Shown: positions 1-11,638 of the stretch, one piece after another
Layout: each line of letters starts with the position of its first letter
Position numbering within the stretch: the first letter of the stretch is position 1
Virus record (IMG/VR): IMGVR_UViG_3300008266_000310
DNA length: 64,000 nucleotides
Source of the DNA: an uncultured virus (IMG/VR IMGVR_UViG_3300008266_000310)
Lineage: Duplodnaviria; Heunggongvirae; Uroviricota; Caudoviricetes
Reading direction: 5' to 3' (one strand)
Notes under the pieces: generated by a model
The model's input: only the letters and a program-made list of their open reading frames with translations
Told to the model about the DNA's origin: nothing
Databases searched by the model: none
Program-made: the position numbers and the translations under genes

Positions 1-3000
1 TTTGATCGGAGTGCATAGTAACCTACAGCAATGTTATTTGTTCCTACTGTATTAGAATATAGAGCAGCACGTCCTACTGCTGTATTTTTAGCACCAGTAG
101 TATTTAATCTCATTGCTTGAGTACCTAATGCTGTGTTGTTGGTACCTGTTGTATTGCAAAAGAGGGATAAATATCCTACCCCTACGTTATTTGATGCTGT
201 ATTGTTACGTAAACTATTTACACCTATTGCTGTGTTAGTTCCACCAGATATATTAGCGCATAGTGCATAACCACCTATTGCCGTATTGCAACCACCAATG
301 GTATTTAATCTTAAAGCATAACTACCAATAGCTGTGTTACGAACACCTGTTGTATTTGCTTGTAATGTTCTTATACCTACAGCTGTATTGTAAGTACCAG
401 TAGTATTATATAGAAGTGAATAAGTACCTATTGCAGTATTTCTTGTACCTATTGTGTTGCATTGTAAAGCTCTATTACCAACAGCTACATTAAAAGAACC
501 TATTGTATTATCTCTTAAAGCACTACTGCCTAAAGCTACGTTAATACTTCCACTAGTATTACATCGTAAAGCATTATAACCTAAAGCTGTATTATAGGTA
601 CCTATTAAGTTTTCTCTTAAAGCATTATTACCTATAGCAGTATTATAAGGACCTGTTATATTGTTATATAAAGCATTAAAGCCTAATGCTAAGTTAAGTC
701 TTCCAGTAGTGTTACATCTTAATGCGCCTCTACCTACAGCAGTATTACTTACTCCTATAGTATTAGATATTAATGCATTATATCCAACTGCTGTGTTATT
801 AGCACCAGTAGTATTACATCTTAATGAACTATAACCAACTGCTGTGTTGTTTGATGCTGTGTTAGTAAATAATGAAAAATACCCAAGAGCTGTGTTGTTT
901 GAACCAGTATTTCCATATAATGCTGCTTGACCGACAGCTACGTTACGGCATCCTATTAGATTGTTCTGTAAAGCATTACCACCAACGGCCACATTACGTT
1001 GACCTGTTGTATTACTTCCTAATGCACAGAAACCTACAGCTACGTTGTTAGCACCAGTAGTATTACTTTGTAAAGCACTTTTACCAACAGCTGTATTGAA
1101 ATTACCTGTAGTATTTGCATTTAATGCTGCCCTACCTACAGCTGTATTATAACAACCAATAGTGTTAGATCCTAATACACTTCTACCTATACCGACATTT
1201 CCTACACCTGTAGTATTATTAGGTAATACAAACGCACCTATACCTACATTATCTGTTGCTATTGTATTAGCAACTAATGTGTTTAAACCTATTGCTACGT
1301 TAAAAGCACCTGTAGTATTTTGGCTAAGTGCACTGTTACCTATAGCTATATTACTAGTGCCTATTGTGTTAGCCGTTAAAGCACTTGCACCTACTGCTAC
1401 GTTATTTGCACCTGTAGTATTAGCAAATAAGGATTTAAATCCTACAGCAACATTTCCATCAGCTGCGCTGTTATATAAAGCGCCACATCCAATAGCAACG
1501 TTATTACTTATACCGTTTCCACATCTAAGAGCTAAATTACCTATAGCTATATTGTTTATACCGGTACTGTTGCTACATAGGGTGTAAAAGCCCAAACCTA
1601 CATTGCCAACACCTGTTGTATTACATCTTAAAGAACTACGGCCTACTCCTACACTCCTACAGCCTGATAAATTAGCCAACATAGAGCCGTATCCTATAGC
1701 TGTATTTGCTATTCCTGAAGTATTTAGTACTAATGCGTTGTAACCTATGGCTGTATTTCCTGTACCTGTTGTATTTGAAGCTAGTGATTGGAAGCCTATG
1801 GCTGTATTTCCTATACCTGTTGTATTACATCTTAATGCACTATAACCAACTGCTGTGTTGTTTGATACTGTGTTAGCAAATAAAGCAAGTCTACCTATAG
1901 CTGTGTTGTTAATTCCTACTATATTACATTGTAAAGTACTTGTACCTATTGCTGTGTTTGAAACACCTGTAGTATTAGCTAATAGCGCATTTACACCTAC
2001 TCCAACATTATAAATACCTGTTGTATTACACCTTAAGGCAAGATTTCCTACAGCAGTATTACTTACTCCTATAGTATTAGAATAAAGAGCAAGATAACCT
2101 ACTGCAGTGTTATTATTACCTGTAGAATTAAGTCTGAGTGCTTTAACTCCAATACCCACATTATTTGAAGCATCATTTACTCTTAATGCATCAAATCCAA
2201 TTGCTACGTTATCACTACCTACTTGGTTAACAAGTAAGGAACAAACTCCAATAGCAGTGTTTCTAACTCCTGTTGTGTTAGCACATAAGGAAAGAACACC
2301 TAAACCTATATTACAACTACCAGTAGTATTTTTATATAAAGACAAATATCCTAATGAGGAATTATTAGTACCTGTTGTGTTATTACCTAGAGCACTGCTT
2401 CCGACTGATGAATTACGAATACCTACTGTGTTACATGCTAAAGTATTTACACCCACTGCTACGTTATTTGTACCAGTAGTATTAGCTCTTAATGAAGCGT
2501 AACCAACAGCTGTATTGTTGTTTGCGGCATTGCTACATAATGCATTATGCCCTATAGCTGTATTACTACTAATCCCAGCTCCTGTGGATAGAGCATCTCT
2601 ACCCATTGCAACGTTATTACCGCCAGTTGTAATAGCACAACCAGCATGCATACCGATTCCTATGTTATTGGTACCTGAATTATTTAATCTTAATGCATGA
2701 TGACCTACAGCAACATTGTATTCACCTGTTGTAGCGCATCTTAAAGCACCATATCCTAATCCTGTATTGAAACGAGCTGTTGTACTACTCTGTAAGGCAA
2801 AGGTACCTACTGCTGTGTTTACTGTACCAGTAGTATTACTTCTTAAAGCACACAATCCAACTGCTACGTTATTAGCACCAGTAGTATTACTGCATAATGC
2901 ATTAGTACCGATTCTAGTATTAGTTGAAACACTTCCCTCACCTCTACCTATATTTACAGAATTAACTGTAATATCACGATCAAATGTAGTAGGGCCGTTT

Positions 3001-3308
3001 ACATTTAAACTACCAGTTACACTAACAGAACCTGTGAATTGATGTGTATTTGACAATGAACTACCAAATACGGTAGATCCTGTCATATAACTTATAGAAG
3101 ACGTTATAGTCTGTACTACAAGTGTTTGAGCAGTAATTGTACCTCCGACATTTAAACTTCCTGAGATATTGATAGATCCTGTAACTGAGTGTACATCGGT
3201 AATGACACTACCAATTTTTACTCCAGTTTGTAAGACTTCAAATTCAGTTGTACTCCCCGTGATAACTGATAACGATCCTGTAATTACTGTACTTTGTAAT
3301 TGAGCCAT
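1..3308 (-). CDS. Long repeat tail-fibre/adhesin-like protein B, truncated by the left edge; not in the ORF track
   Basis: ATG at 3308 (MAQLQSTVITGSLSV...). N-terminal TITAQTLVVQTITSS...HQFTGSVSVTGSLNVNGP module, then ~14-aa NTAVG..AL..NTTG repeats. The frame at the window edge (..NNIAVGYYALRS) matches the frame of the ATG. Confidence 0.85.
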   Translation of the reverse strand, partial: MAQLQSTVITGSLSVITGSTTEFEVLQTGVKIGSVITDVHSVTGSINISGSLNVGGTITAQTLVVQTITSSISYMTGSTVFGSSLSNTHQFTGSVSVTGSLNVNGPTTFDRDITVNSVNIGRGEGSVSTNTRIGTNALCSNTTGANNVAVGLCALRSNTTGTVNTAVGTFALQSSTTARFNTGLGYGALRCATTGEYNVAVGHHALRLNNSGTNNIGIGMHAGCAITTGGNNVAMGRDALSTGAGISSNTAIGHNALCSNAANNNTAVGYASLRANTTGTNNVAVGVNTLACNTVGIRNSSVGSSALGNNTTGTNNSSLGYLSLYKNTTGSCNIGLGVLSLCANTTGVRNTAIGVCSLLVNQVGSDNVAIGFDALRVNDASNNVGIGVKALRLNSTGNNNTAVGYLALYSNTIGVSNTAVGNLALRCNTTGIYNVGVGVNALLANTTGVSNTAIGTSTLQCNIVGINNTAIGRLALFANTVSNNTAVGYSALRCNTTGIGNTAIGFQSLASNTTGTGNTAIGYNALVLNTSGIANTAIGYGSMLANLSGCRSVGVGRSSLRCNTTGVGNVGLGFYTLCSNSTGINNIAIGNLALRCGNGISNNVAIGCGALYNSAADGNVAVGFKSLFANTTGANNVAVGASALTANTIGTSNIAIGNSALSQNTTGAFNVAIGLNTLVANTIATDNVGIGAFVLPNNTTGVGNVGIGRSVLGSNTIGCYNTAVGRAALNANTTGNFNTAVGKSALQSNTTGANNVAVGFCALGSNTTGQRNVAVGGNALQNNLIGCRNVAVGQAALYGNTGSNNTALGYFSLFTNTASNNTAVGYSSLRCNTTGANNTAVGYNALISNTIGVSNTAVGRGALRCNTTGRLNLALGFNALYNNITGPYNTAIGNNALRENLIGTYNTALGYNALRCNTSGSINVALGSSALRDNTIGSFNVAVGNRALQCNTIGTRNTAIGTYSLLYNTTGTYNTAVGIRTLQANTTGVRNTAIGSYALRLNTIGGCNTAIGGYALCANISGGTNTAIGVNSLRNNTASNNVGVGYLSLFCNTTGTNNTALGTQAMRLNTTGAKNTAVGRAALYSNTVGTNNIAVGYYALRS

Positions 3309-3309
3309 T

Positions 3310-6300
3310 TTACTGTGTTAGTTTTTTTACTTCTTCCTTTAAAACCTCTATCTGCGACTGTTGATACTTCAACACATTAATAAATATTGTCGAAAGCTTG
3401 CTATAGTTTATACCCGCTATTTCTTCCGAGCTATCTTTTGATACGAATTCAGGAAATATATTATAAACATCTTCCGCCAAAAGACCAACATCTTTATTTC
3501 CAGTATCTTTCCAAGTGAAAGAAATTGGTTGTAATTTGAGGAAATCCTCAATGTTTGTTGTGTATGGTTCAATGTTTTCTTTTAATTTTCCTGTTGATGT
3601 TTCGATAATGGCAACGAATCTACCAGTGCCGTTTACATCGAAGGTATAGGCAGGAGTTAGGGTGTTTATACCTGTATTTCCTGTAGATCCAGTTACAAAC
3701 ATCCTTATATTTCCAGCACCATCAGAAAGTATGATGTTGCAATTTGAGGTTGCGATGTCTGTACCTGAGTTAGAACCTACTATTACATTGCAGGCGCCGG
3801 TTGTAATGGAGCAACCTGAATTGGTGCCTAAAGCAATATTGTTTGCACCTGTTGTATTGCTAGCTAATGAACAAGCACCTACAGCTGTATTATTATTTCC
3901 TGTAGTATTAGCAAACATTGAATTAATTCCTATAGCTACATTGCAGGTACCTAAAGTATTTACAAGTAAAGCAGACCTACCTATTGCAGTGTTACAAACA
4001 CCGCTTGTATTGTCTCTTAAAGAAACACTACCAATAGCTGTATTGAAAAGACCAGTAGAATTAGAATTTAAAGAGCAAATACCTACGGCTGTATTATTTT
4101 GACCTACAGTATTATTTGCTAACGAATATTTACCTACGGCTGTATTTCCTCCTCCTGTAGTGTTTGAAGCTAAAGAGCTTCGGCCAAGAGCGGCATTATC
4201 TGTACCAGTAGTATTACTTCTTAATGCACAAAATCCTACTGCAGTATTGTCTGATGCTGTGTTTAAGTTTAATGCTTCTCTACCAACAGCTGTATTACTG
4301 TTACCAACAGAACACTGTAAAGCCGCAAAACCTAAAGCAGTATTATCGCTACCTACTATGTTCTGCTGTAATGCTAGAAAACCTACAGCTACATTTCTAA
4401 TACCTGTTGTATTAGCTTCTAAAGCGCTTGTTCCAAAGGCAGAGTTGCTATCACCTGTTGTGTTTCTAAATAATGCATAAGTACCTAAAGCTGCATTATT
4501 TATACCAGTAGTATTAGCTCTTAAAGCACAAAATCCTGTTGCGGTATTATTAGCTGCTGTATTACAGTAAAGAGACTGAAATCCTACTGCTGTATTTCTA
4601 ATACCTGTGGTATTATTTCTTAACGTACTAGCACCTACAGCTGTATTATTTGATGCTGTGTTTAAAACTAACGCATTATTACCTAAGGCGACATTACAGG
4701 CGCCGATTATATTATTCTGTAAAGCACTATTTCCAATTGCTATATTACAAGCACCGGTTGTATTAGCATATAAAGCAGCAACACCAATAGCTGTATTTCC
4801 AGTACCGGTTGTATTATTTCTTAATGCTGAGGTTCCTAGTCCTGTATTATTGTTACCGATATTGCATAGTAAAGTGTATGTGCCAACACCTGTATTACAG
4901 ATGCTAGTTGTGTTAGCTGCTAAAGCACAAGTTCCTATAGCAATATTTTGTGTACCAGTAGTATTAAATTTTAATGCATTAGCCCCAACTGCAGTATTAC
5001 TAGATGCTATGTTGCACAACAGTGAGTGATAACCTACAGCTACATTATTATTACCGGTAGTATTAGCTAATAAAGTACAGAATCCAACAGATGTGTTATT
5101 TGCTCCTGTTGTATTACACCTTAATGAAGAAAAACCTAAACCTGTATTTCTGTAACCTGTTGTGTTAGTTGCAAGAGCCAATGCTCCTACAGCAATGTTA
5201 CCTGCTCCAGTAGTGTTGTTTTTAAGGGCACAATAACCGACAGCTGTATTGTTTGAGGCTGTGTTAGAATATAAACTATATGCACCTAAAGCTACGTTAC
5301 TATTTCCAACTGTGTTTGCAAACAAAGCTTTATTACCTATTGCTGTGTTTCTTACCCCTGTTGTATTAGAGAATAAACTGCTAACACCTACTGCTATATT
5401 ACCAACACCTGCTGTATTATAAAGTAAAGCTGCAGATCCTAAAGCTGTGTTTTGATCACCTGTTGTATTGCCTTGTAAAGCATACATACCAACAGCTGTA
5501 TTTCTAATACCTGTTGTATTAGTACATAAAGCCTTTATTCCAACAGCTGTATTGCATGTACCTGTAGTGTTACAGAATAATGAATAGAAACCTACTGCTG
5601 TATTGTTTGATGCTGTATTAAGACATAAAGCACTTTTACCAACAGCCGTGTTTCTAAGTCCTGTAGTGTTATTAGTCAATGCCCCAAATCCTAATCCTGT
5701 ATTATAATTTCCAGTTGTATTAGCATATAAAGTATTTACACCTACAGCTGTGTTTTGACATCCTGTTGTATTACATACTAAGGCACTGAAGCCTATAGCT
5801 GTGTTATTTGATGCTGTGTTGGCACTTAATGTATATGTGCCAACCGCTACGTTGTTAACACCAGTAATATTATTTCGTAAAGCACCGTTACCGACAGCTG
5901 TATTACGATTACCAGTAGTATTAGCGCATAATACACATGAACCTAAAGCAACATTACTATAAAACCTACAGCTGTATTAACTGCACCTGTGGTATTAGTA
6001 TATAAAGCTAAGTACCCAATACCAACATTATAGTTTGCGGTTGTGTTATTATATAGGCTGAATTGTCCTAAAGCGGTATTTTTGTTACCTGTTGTATTTT
6101 TCCTTAATGAACCATTACCTACTCCAGTATTACCTGTTCCAGTAGTATTAAATCTTAATGTACAGAAACCAACTGCTGTGTTGTTTGATGCTGTGTTGCA
6201 ACGTAAACTTTCATTACCCACTGCTACATTATAGTTACCTGCAACGTTAGCTCCTAATGCACTATTACCAATAGCTACGTTACATCTTCCTGTTGTATTA

Positions 6301-9300
6301 CTGGCTAATGCACTTGCTCCAATTGCATTATTATATCCTCCTGTTGTATTGTTGGCTAATGCACTTCTACCGAAAGCTGAGTTATAGTTACCAGTTGTGC
6401 TGCAGCATAAAGCAGCAAGACCTAAAGCTGAGTTGCCTGCGCCTGTTGTATTACTTCTTAATGCACAGAAACCTACTGCTGTGTTGTTGTTTGCTAGATT
6501 AGAATATAGTGATTGAAATCCAATAGCTACGTTATTAATACCTGTCGTGTTTCCAAATAGTGAATTTACACCAACAGCAACGTTATTTACTCCTGAACCT
6601 AATGCAAAATATCCAACTGCTGAGTTTTGAGCTCCTGTTGTATTAGCTGCAAGAGCGGATACTCCTAATGCTGTGTTAAGTGTTCCTGTTGTATTACACC
6701 TTAAGGCATTAAAACCTATAGCTAAAGAGTTATTGCCAGTGTTTGCATATAGAGCATTTATTCCTATAGCAGTGTTATTAGCACCTCCTGCATTACATCT
6801 TAAAGCGTTTTGACCAACAGCTATATTATTACAACCTGTAGTGTTACCTCTTAAAGAGTATGCACCTACACCTACGTTATTTGCGCCTGTAGTGTTACCT
6901 CTCAAAGCAGAACAACCTATTGCTATGTTTTCTCTACCAATAGTATTAGCACAAAGTGCATTATATCCTACTGCTGCGTTTGAGTCTCCAGTAGTATTAC
7001 TTCTTAATGCACAATGACCTACTGCAGTGTTGTTGTTTGCTAGATTAGAATATAGTGATTGAAATCCAATAGCTACGTTATTAATACCTGTCGTGTTTCC
7101 AAATAGTGAATTTACACCAACAGCAACGTTATTTACTCCTTGTACCTGTTGTATTATTTCTCAAAGCACAAAAACCTACTGCTGTGTTGTTTGATGCTGT
7201 GTTAGAACGTAGGGCAAAAAATCCTATTCCTACGTTATTGCAAGCTGATATATTAGAATACAATGAATCTGTACCTATTGCAATATTACAACCTCCGGAA
7301 GCATTATAATTTAAGGCGTTTCTACCTATAGCTGTATTATTACTACCTACTGTGTTAAATACTAGAGAATTTACACCAACAGCAACGTTATTGTCTGCGG
7401 TGGTGTTTCTGTATAAAGAACCATTACCGACAGCTACGTTACCTTGACCTATTGTGTTAAGTCCTAGAGCAATTCTTCCTATCGCGGTATTATTTATACC
7501 AGTAGTATTAAATCTTAAAGCGCAAAATCCTACTGCTGTGTTGGATGATGCTGTGTTGCATTGTAAAGCAAACGTACCTAGGGCGGTATTGTAGTTACCT
7601 GTAGTATTAGCAAGCAAAGCATACTTACCTACAGCTATGTTTCTAGTACCGGTAGTGTTATTAAATAAAGCAGCATTACCTATAGCTACGTTGTAGCTAC
7701 CTAATGTATTAGCACCTAATGTATCTCTACCTAAAGCTGTGTTTTGTATACCTGTTGTATTATTCCTTAAAGCAGAGTTACCTACTGCTGTGTTGCTTGA
7801 TGCTAAGTTTTTATATAAAGAAAGTGCTCCTATAGCTGTATTATTTGTACCTGTTATATTATAAAATAAAGAAGCGTGTCCTAAACCTACGTTTTGGGTA
7901 CCTGTTGTATTAAAATATAAAGAGCGATTACCTACAGCAGTATTAAATCCTGCTATGTTACTAAATAAAGTAGCAGAACCTACAGCAACGTTAGAATTTG
8001 TTGTTGTATTGCTTGCTAAAGCAAACTCTCCTATTGCTACGTTTTGTTGACCTGTTGTATTGTTTCTTAAAGTACATATTCCTACTGCTACATTACTATT
8101 ACCTGTTGTGTTACATTGTAAAGCATTAATACCTATTGCTGTATTACAAGTACCTATAGTATTACTTCTTAATGCACAGAAACCTACTGCTGTGTTGTTT
8201 GATGCTGTGTTGCAGTATAAAGCATTAATTCCAATAGCTAAATTGCAATTACCAGTTGTATTACAAAACAAAGCGTTTAATCCAACTGCTATATTATTTG
8301 TACCTACTGTATTATACCTTAATGTACTGGCACCTATTGCGGTATTCGTTGCACCTGATGTATTATTAAGTAAAGATAAACCTCCTATTGCTACGTTACT
8401 AGCACCTACTGTATTGTTTGATAAAGTTAGCCTACCTACTGCTACGTTATCTGTACCAGTAGTATTATTTCTTAGTGAATTATACCCTAAAGCAGTATTA
8501 TTATTTGCTGTATTCTTATATAATGTGCCATACCCAACTGCTGTGTTACCGTTAGTGGTTAAATTATTAAATAATGAATAAGCACCAATAGCTACGTTTC
8601 TAATACCTGTGGTATTAAGTCCTAAGGCTTTTTGACCCATCGCTACTTGTTGGGCACCAGTAGTATTACTTCTCAATGCACAGAAACCTACTGCAGTATT
8701 ATTTGATACTCTGTTGCACAACAATGATTGATAACCTACAGCTACGTTATTTCCTCCTGTAGTATTAGCGAATAAAGATGAATACCCTATAGCAGTATTA
8801 TTTCAGTATTATAATTACCTACTGTGTTAGCTTGTAATGCATTTATGCCTATTGCTGTATTTGATCCACCAACACTATTAACTGATAAAGTGTTAAATCC
8901 TACTGCTGTGTTACCGGCACCGATAGTATTAACTCTCAATGCGGCTGAGCCTATTGCAGTATTGTTAGATGCTGTATTTAAACAAAGTGATAATGCACCT
9001 AAAGCGGTATTATTTGATGCTGTATTACAAAATAAAGAACGATAACCAACAGCCACATTATTAGCACCTACTGTATTATAATTTAGAGACTGAGCACCTA
9101 CTGCAGTATTAGCTACTCCTGTTGTATTGCATATTGCAGCATTTCTTCCAAAAGCAGAGTTACCTCCGCCTGTATTACATAGTAGTGATTGAAAACCAAC
9201 TGCTGTATTTTCACTACCTCCTATATTTGCATATAAACTTCTATTTCCAATTGCTGTATTTTGGGTTCCTGTAGTATTATTAAATAAAGCACTAAGACCA

Positions 9301-11366
9301 ACAGCAACACCTGTACCTGTTGTGTTGCAGTATAATGCTCTAGTACCTACTGCTACGTTACTGGATGCTACGTTATATCTTAAAGCACCTCTACCCACTG
9401 CTATATTTCCTGTACCTACTGAATTAATTAATAAAGCATAGTTACCTACAGCTATATTATCATTACCTGTTGTATTAGAGGTTAAAGCACTAGCACCTAT
9501 AGAAACGTTTCTAGTACCTATTGTATTAGAGCTTAATGCACAACGACCAACAGCAACATTGGCATTACCCGTAGTATTATTTCTTAGTGAATTATAACCT
9601 ACTGCTGTATTATATGTACCAATGGTATTATACCTAAGAGCATTAAAACCTACAGCTGTGTTGAAAGAAGTTGTGTTATTGTATAAAGCATTAAACCCTA
9701 ATGCTGTATTAAAACTTCCTATAGTATTGCAGTTTAAAGCACTCCTACCTACAGCTGTATTACAAACACCTGTTGTATTAAATCTTAAAGCCGTAGTACC
9801 AACTGCTGTATTACATACACCTTCAGTATTACAACTTAAAGCAAAATACCCAACTGCCACGTTTTGAATACCTGTAGTGTTAGAATACATAGCACTTCTT
9901 CCGATTGCTATATTATTACATCCTGCTGTGTTGCTTTGTAAAGAACGGAATCCAATTGCTACGTTGTGTCTGCCACTTGTGTTTAAAAGTAAGGCGGAAG
10001 CGCCTACTGCTACGTTGTAAATTCCTGTTGTATTACTTAATAAAGCCTGAACCCCCATAGCTGTATTACTATTACCTGTGGTATTAGCTAATAAAGCATT
10101 AGTACCAAAAGCAGCGTTACAGCTACCTATTGTATTAGTAAATAAAGAACCTCTACCTACTGCGGTATTACATACACCTGTTGTGTTAGCAGATAAAGCA
10201 ATATTACCAACTGCTACATTATAATTACCGACAGTATTAGCTCGTAAAGCACAGAAACCAACTGCGGTGTTACTTTCACCGGTGGTATTAGACTGTAACG
10301 ATCTAACTCCAACTGCTGTGTTATTTGATACTGTATTAGTTTGTAACGAATAAAAGCCAACGGCTACGTTGCTACTTCCTGTTACATTAGCTCCTAAAGC
10401 ACTTCTTCCGACAGCTGTATTATTATTACCTGTAGTGTTGCAAAATAAAGCACCTGCTCCTAATCCTGTATTATAACATCCAGTTGTATTAGCTAATAAA
10501 GCTCTATAACCTAAAGCAGCATTGCAAAATCCTCCAGTGTTACCACTCAAAGCTTGCATTCCAATAGAAGTATTTCTAATACCAGTGGTATTGTTTTGCA
10601 TTGCTCCGACTCCAACTGCAGTGTTTGCAGCACCTGTGGTATTGTATCTTAAAGTTCCTGTCCCTAATCCTGTATTAAAATTACCTCCTGTATTAGCTCC
10701 TAAGGCTAAAAATCCAAGAGCAGTATTACAGTAGCCAGTAGTGTTAGCCGTTAAAGCACAAGATCCCATTGCGGTATTGCACGATGCTGTGTTACAGTAA
10801 AGTGCACTAGTACCGACTGCTGTATTATGACTGCCTGTTACGTTATTACGTAACGAATAGGCTCCATTTGCTGTATTAGAAGTACCAGTAGTATTATTTC
10901 TTAAAGTACCAAATCCTACTGCTACATTATTAGATGCTGTGTTTAAGTTTAATGCTTCTCTACCAACAGCTGTATTGCTGTTTCCAACAGTATTACATAT
11001 TAAAGCACCTTGACCAACAGCAGTATTTGAAATACCGGTTGTATTTTTATAAAGAGATTGATGACCTACAGCTGTATTACCTGCTCCTGAAGTATTGGCT
11101 CTTAGGGCTTGGGAACCCATAGCTGTGTTAAAAGCACCTATACTGTTATTTCTTAAAGCATATAATCCAACAGCTGTGTTTTGTGCTCCTGTAGAGTTGT
11201 ATTGTAGAGTATTAACACCTACTCTAGTATTAGATACTACACTACCTCCTCCTTCACCTACACAAACTCCATTAAATATAGAATCACAAGTAGTTGACAA
11301 TGATCCTGTCACTTGTGAATTCTGTAGTGCTATTATTCCTAACCGGGCTACGAATTCATTTGGCAT
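3310..11366 (-). pseudogene. Long repeat tail-fibre protein A (~2,680 codons) with C-terminal intramolecular chaperone (peptidase S74-like); broken by three frameshifted junctions as assembled
   Basis: Starts MPNEFVARLGIIALQ at 11366. The same NTAVG/ALxxNTTG repeat continues through four frames (11366-8805, 8802-7141, 7139-5961, 5958-3310). It ends TSTGKLKENIEP...LQPISFTWK...VGLLAEDV..IFPEFV...INYSKL...QQSQIEVLK, the S74 chaperone pattern. Confidence 0.75.
6481..7140. repeat. Exact 114-bp direct repeat (6481-6594 and 7027-7140) inside tail fibre A
   Basis: Both copies read gtgttgttgtttgctagattagaatatagtg...cagcaacgttatttactcct; offset 546 bp. Confidence 0.9.
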
Positions 11367-11414
11367 ATATGTTTTGTTCTAGTTCACTTTCCCTAGAACG
11401 AGGGTTTACACAGA

Positions 11415-11422
11415 TATAAATA
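11415..11422 (-). promoter_or_regulatory. Putative late promoter motif TATTTATA upstream of tail fibre A
   Basis: Plus strand tataaata in the intergenic gap upstream of the ATG at 11366; same motif precedes many structural genes. Confidence 0.6.
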
Positions 11423-11450
11423 GTTGATATTGTACTATTACCCCCGTATT

Positions 11451-11627
11451 TTAAACCATAGCCACCCTGTATTTTCTTCCGGTCGGGTCTTGAGATTGCA
11501 GTTCATCGGCCTTGGCCTGGGCTTCTGGTTCATTGTCGTACTCGTAAATTGGATCTGTAGGAGTTAAATGTGCTACCCAAATTGAATCTGAACCCGGAAT
11601 AAATTGCATCTGAACTTGATATATCAT
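11451..11627 (-). CDS. Small hypothetical protein, 58 aa (not in ORF track)
   Basis: Read by hand: MIYQVQMQFIPGSDSIWVAHLTPTDPIYEYDNEPEAQAKADELQSQDPTGRKYRVAMV*; fills the gap between two fibre genes. Confidence 0.75.
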   Translation of the reverse strand: MIYQVQMQFIPGSDSIWVAHLTPTDPIYEYDNEPEAQAKADELQSQDPTGRKYRVAMV

Positions 11628-11638
11628 ATTACTTTATT

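Noticed and set aside
1..11366. CRISPR-like array
   Set aside because: The repeats are degenerate, codon-phased and protein-coding; there is no constant repeat with unique spacers and no cas gene.
3310..11366. Stop-codon reassignment explaining the broken fibre gene
   Set aside because: The breaks are changes of frame, not in-frame stops. Other genes are intact under the standard code and use TAA, TAG and TGA as stops.
1162..11382. Many plus-strand ORFs rich in P, V, L, A (PTAVLLLPVVL...)
   Set aside because: They are antisense shadows of the minus-strand NTAVG/NTTG repeat genes and mirror the same periodicity.
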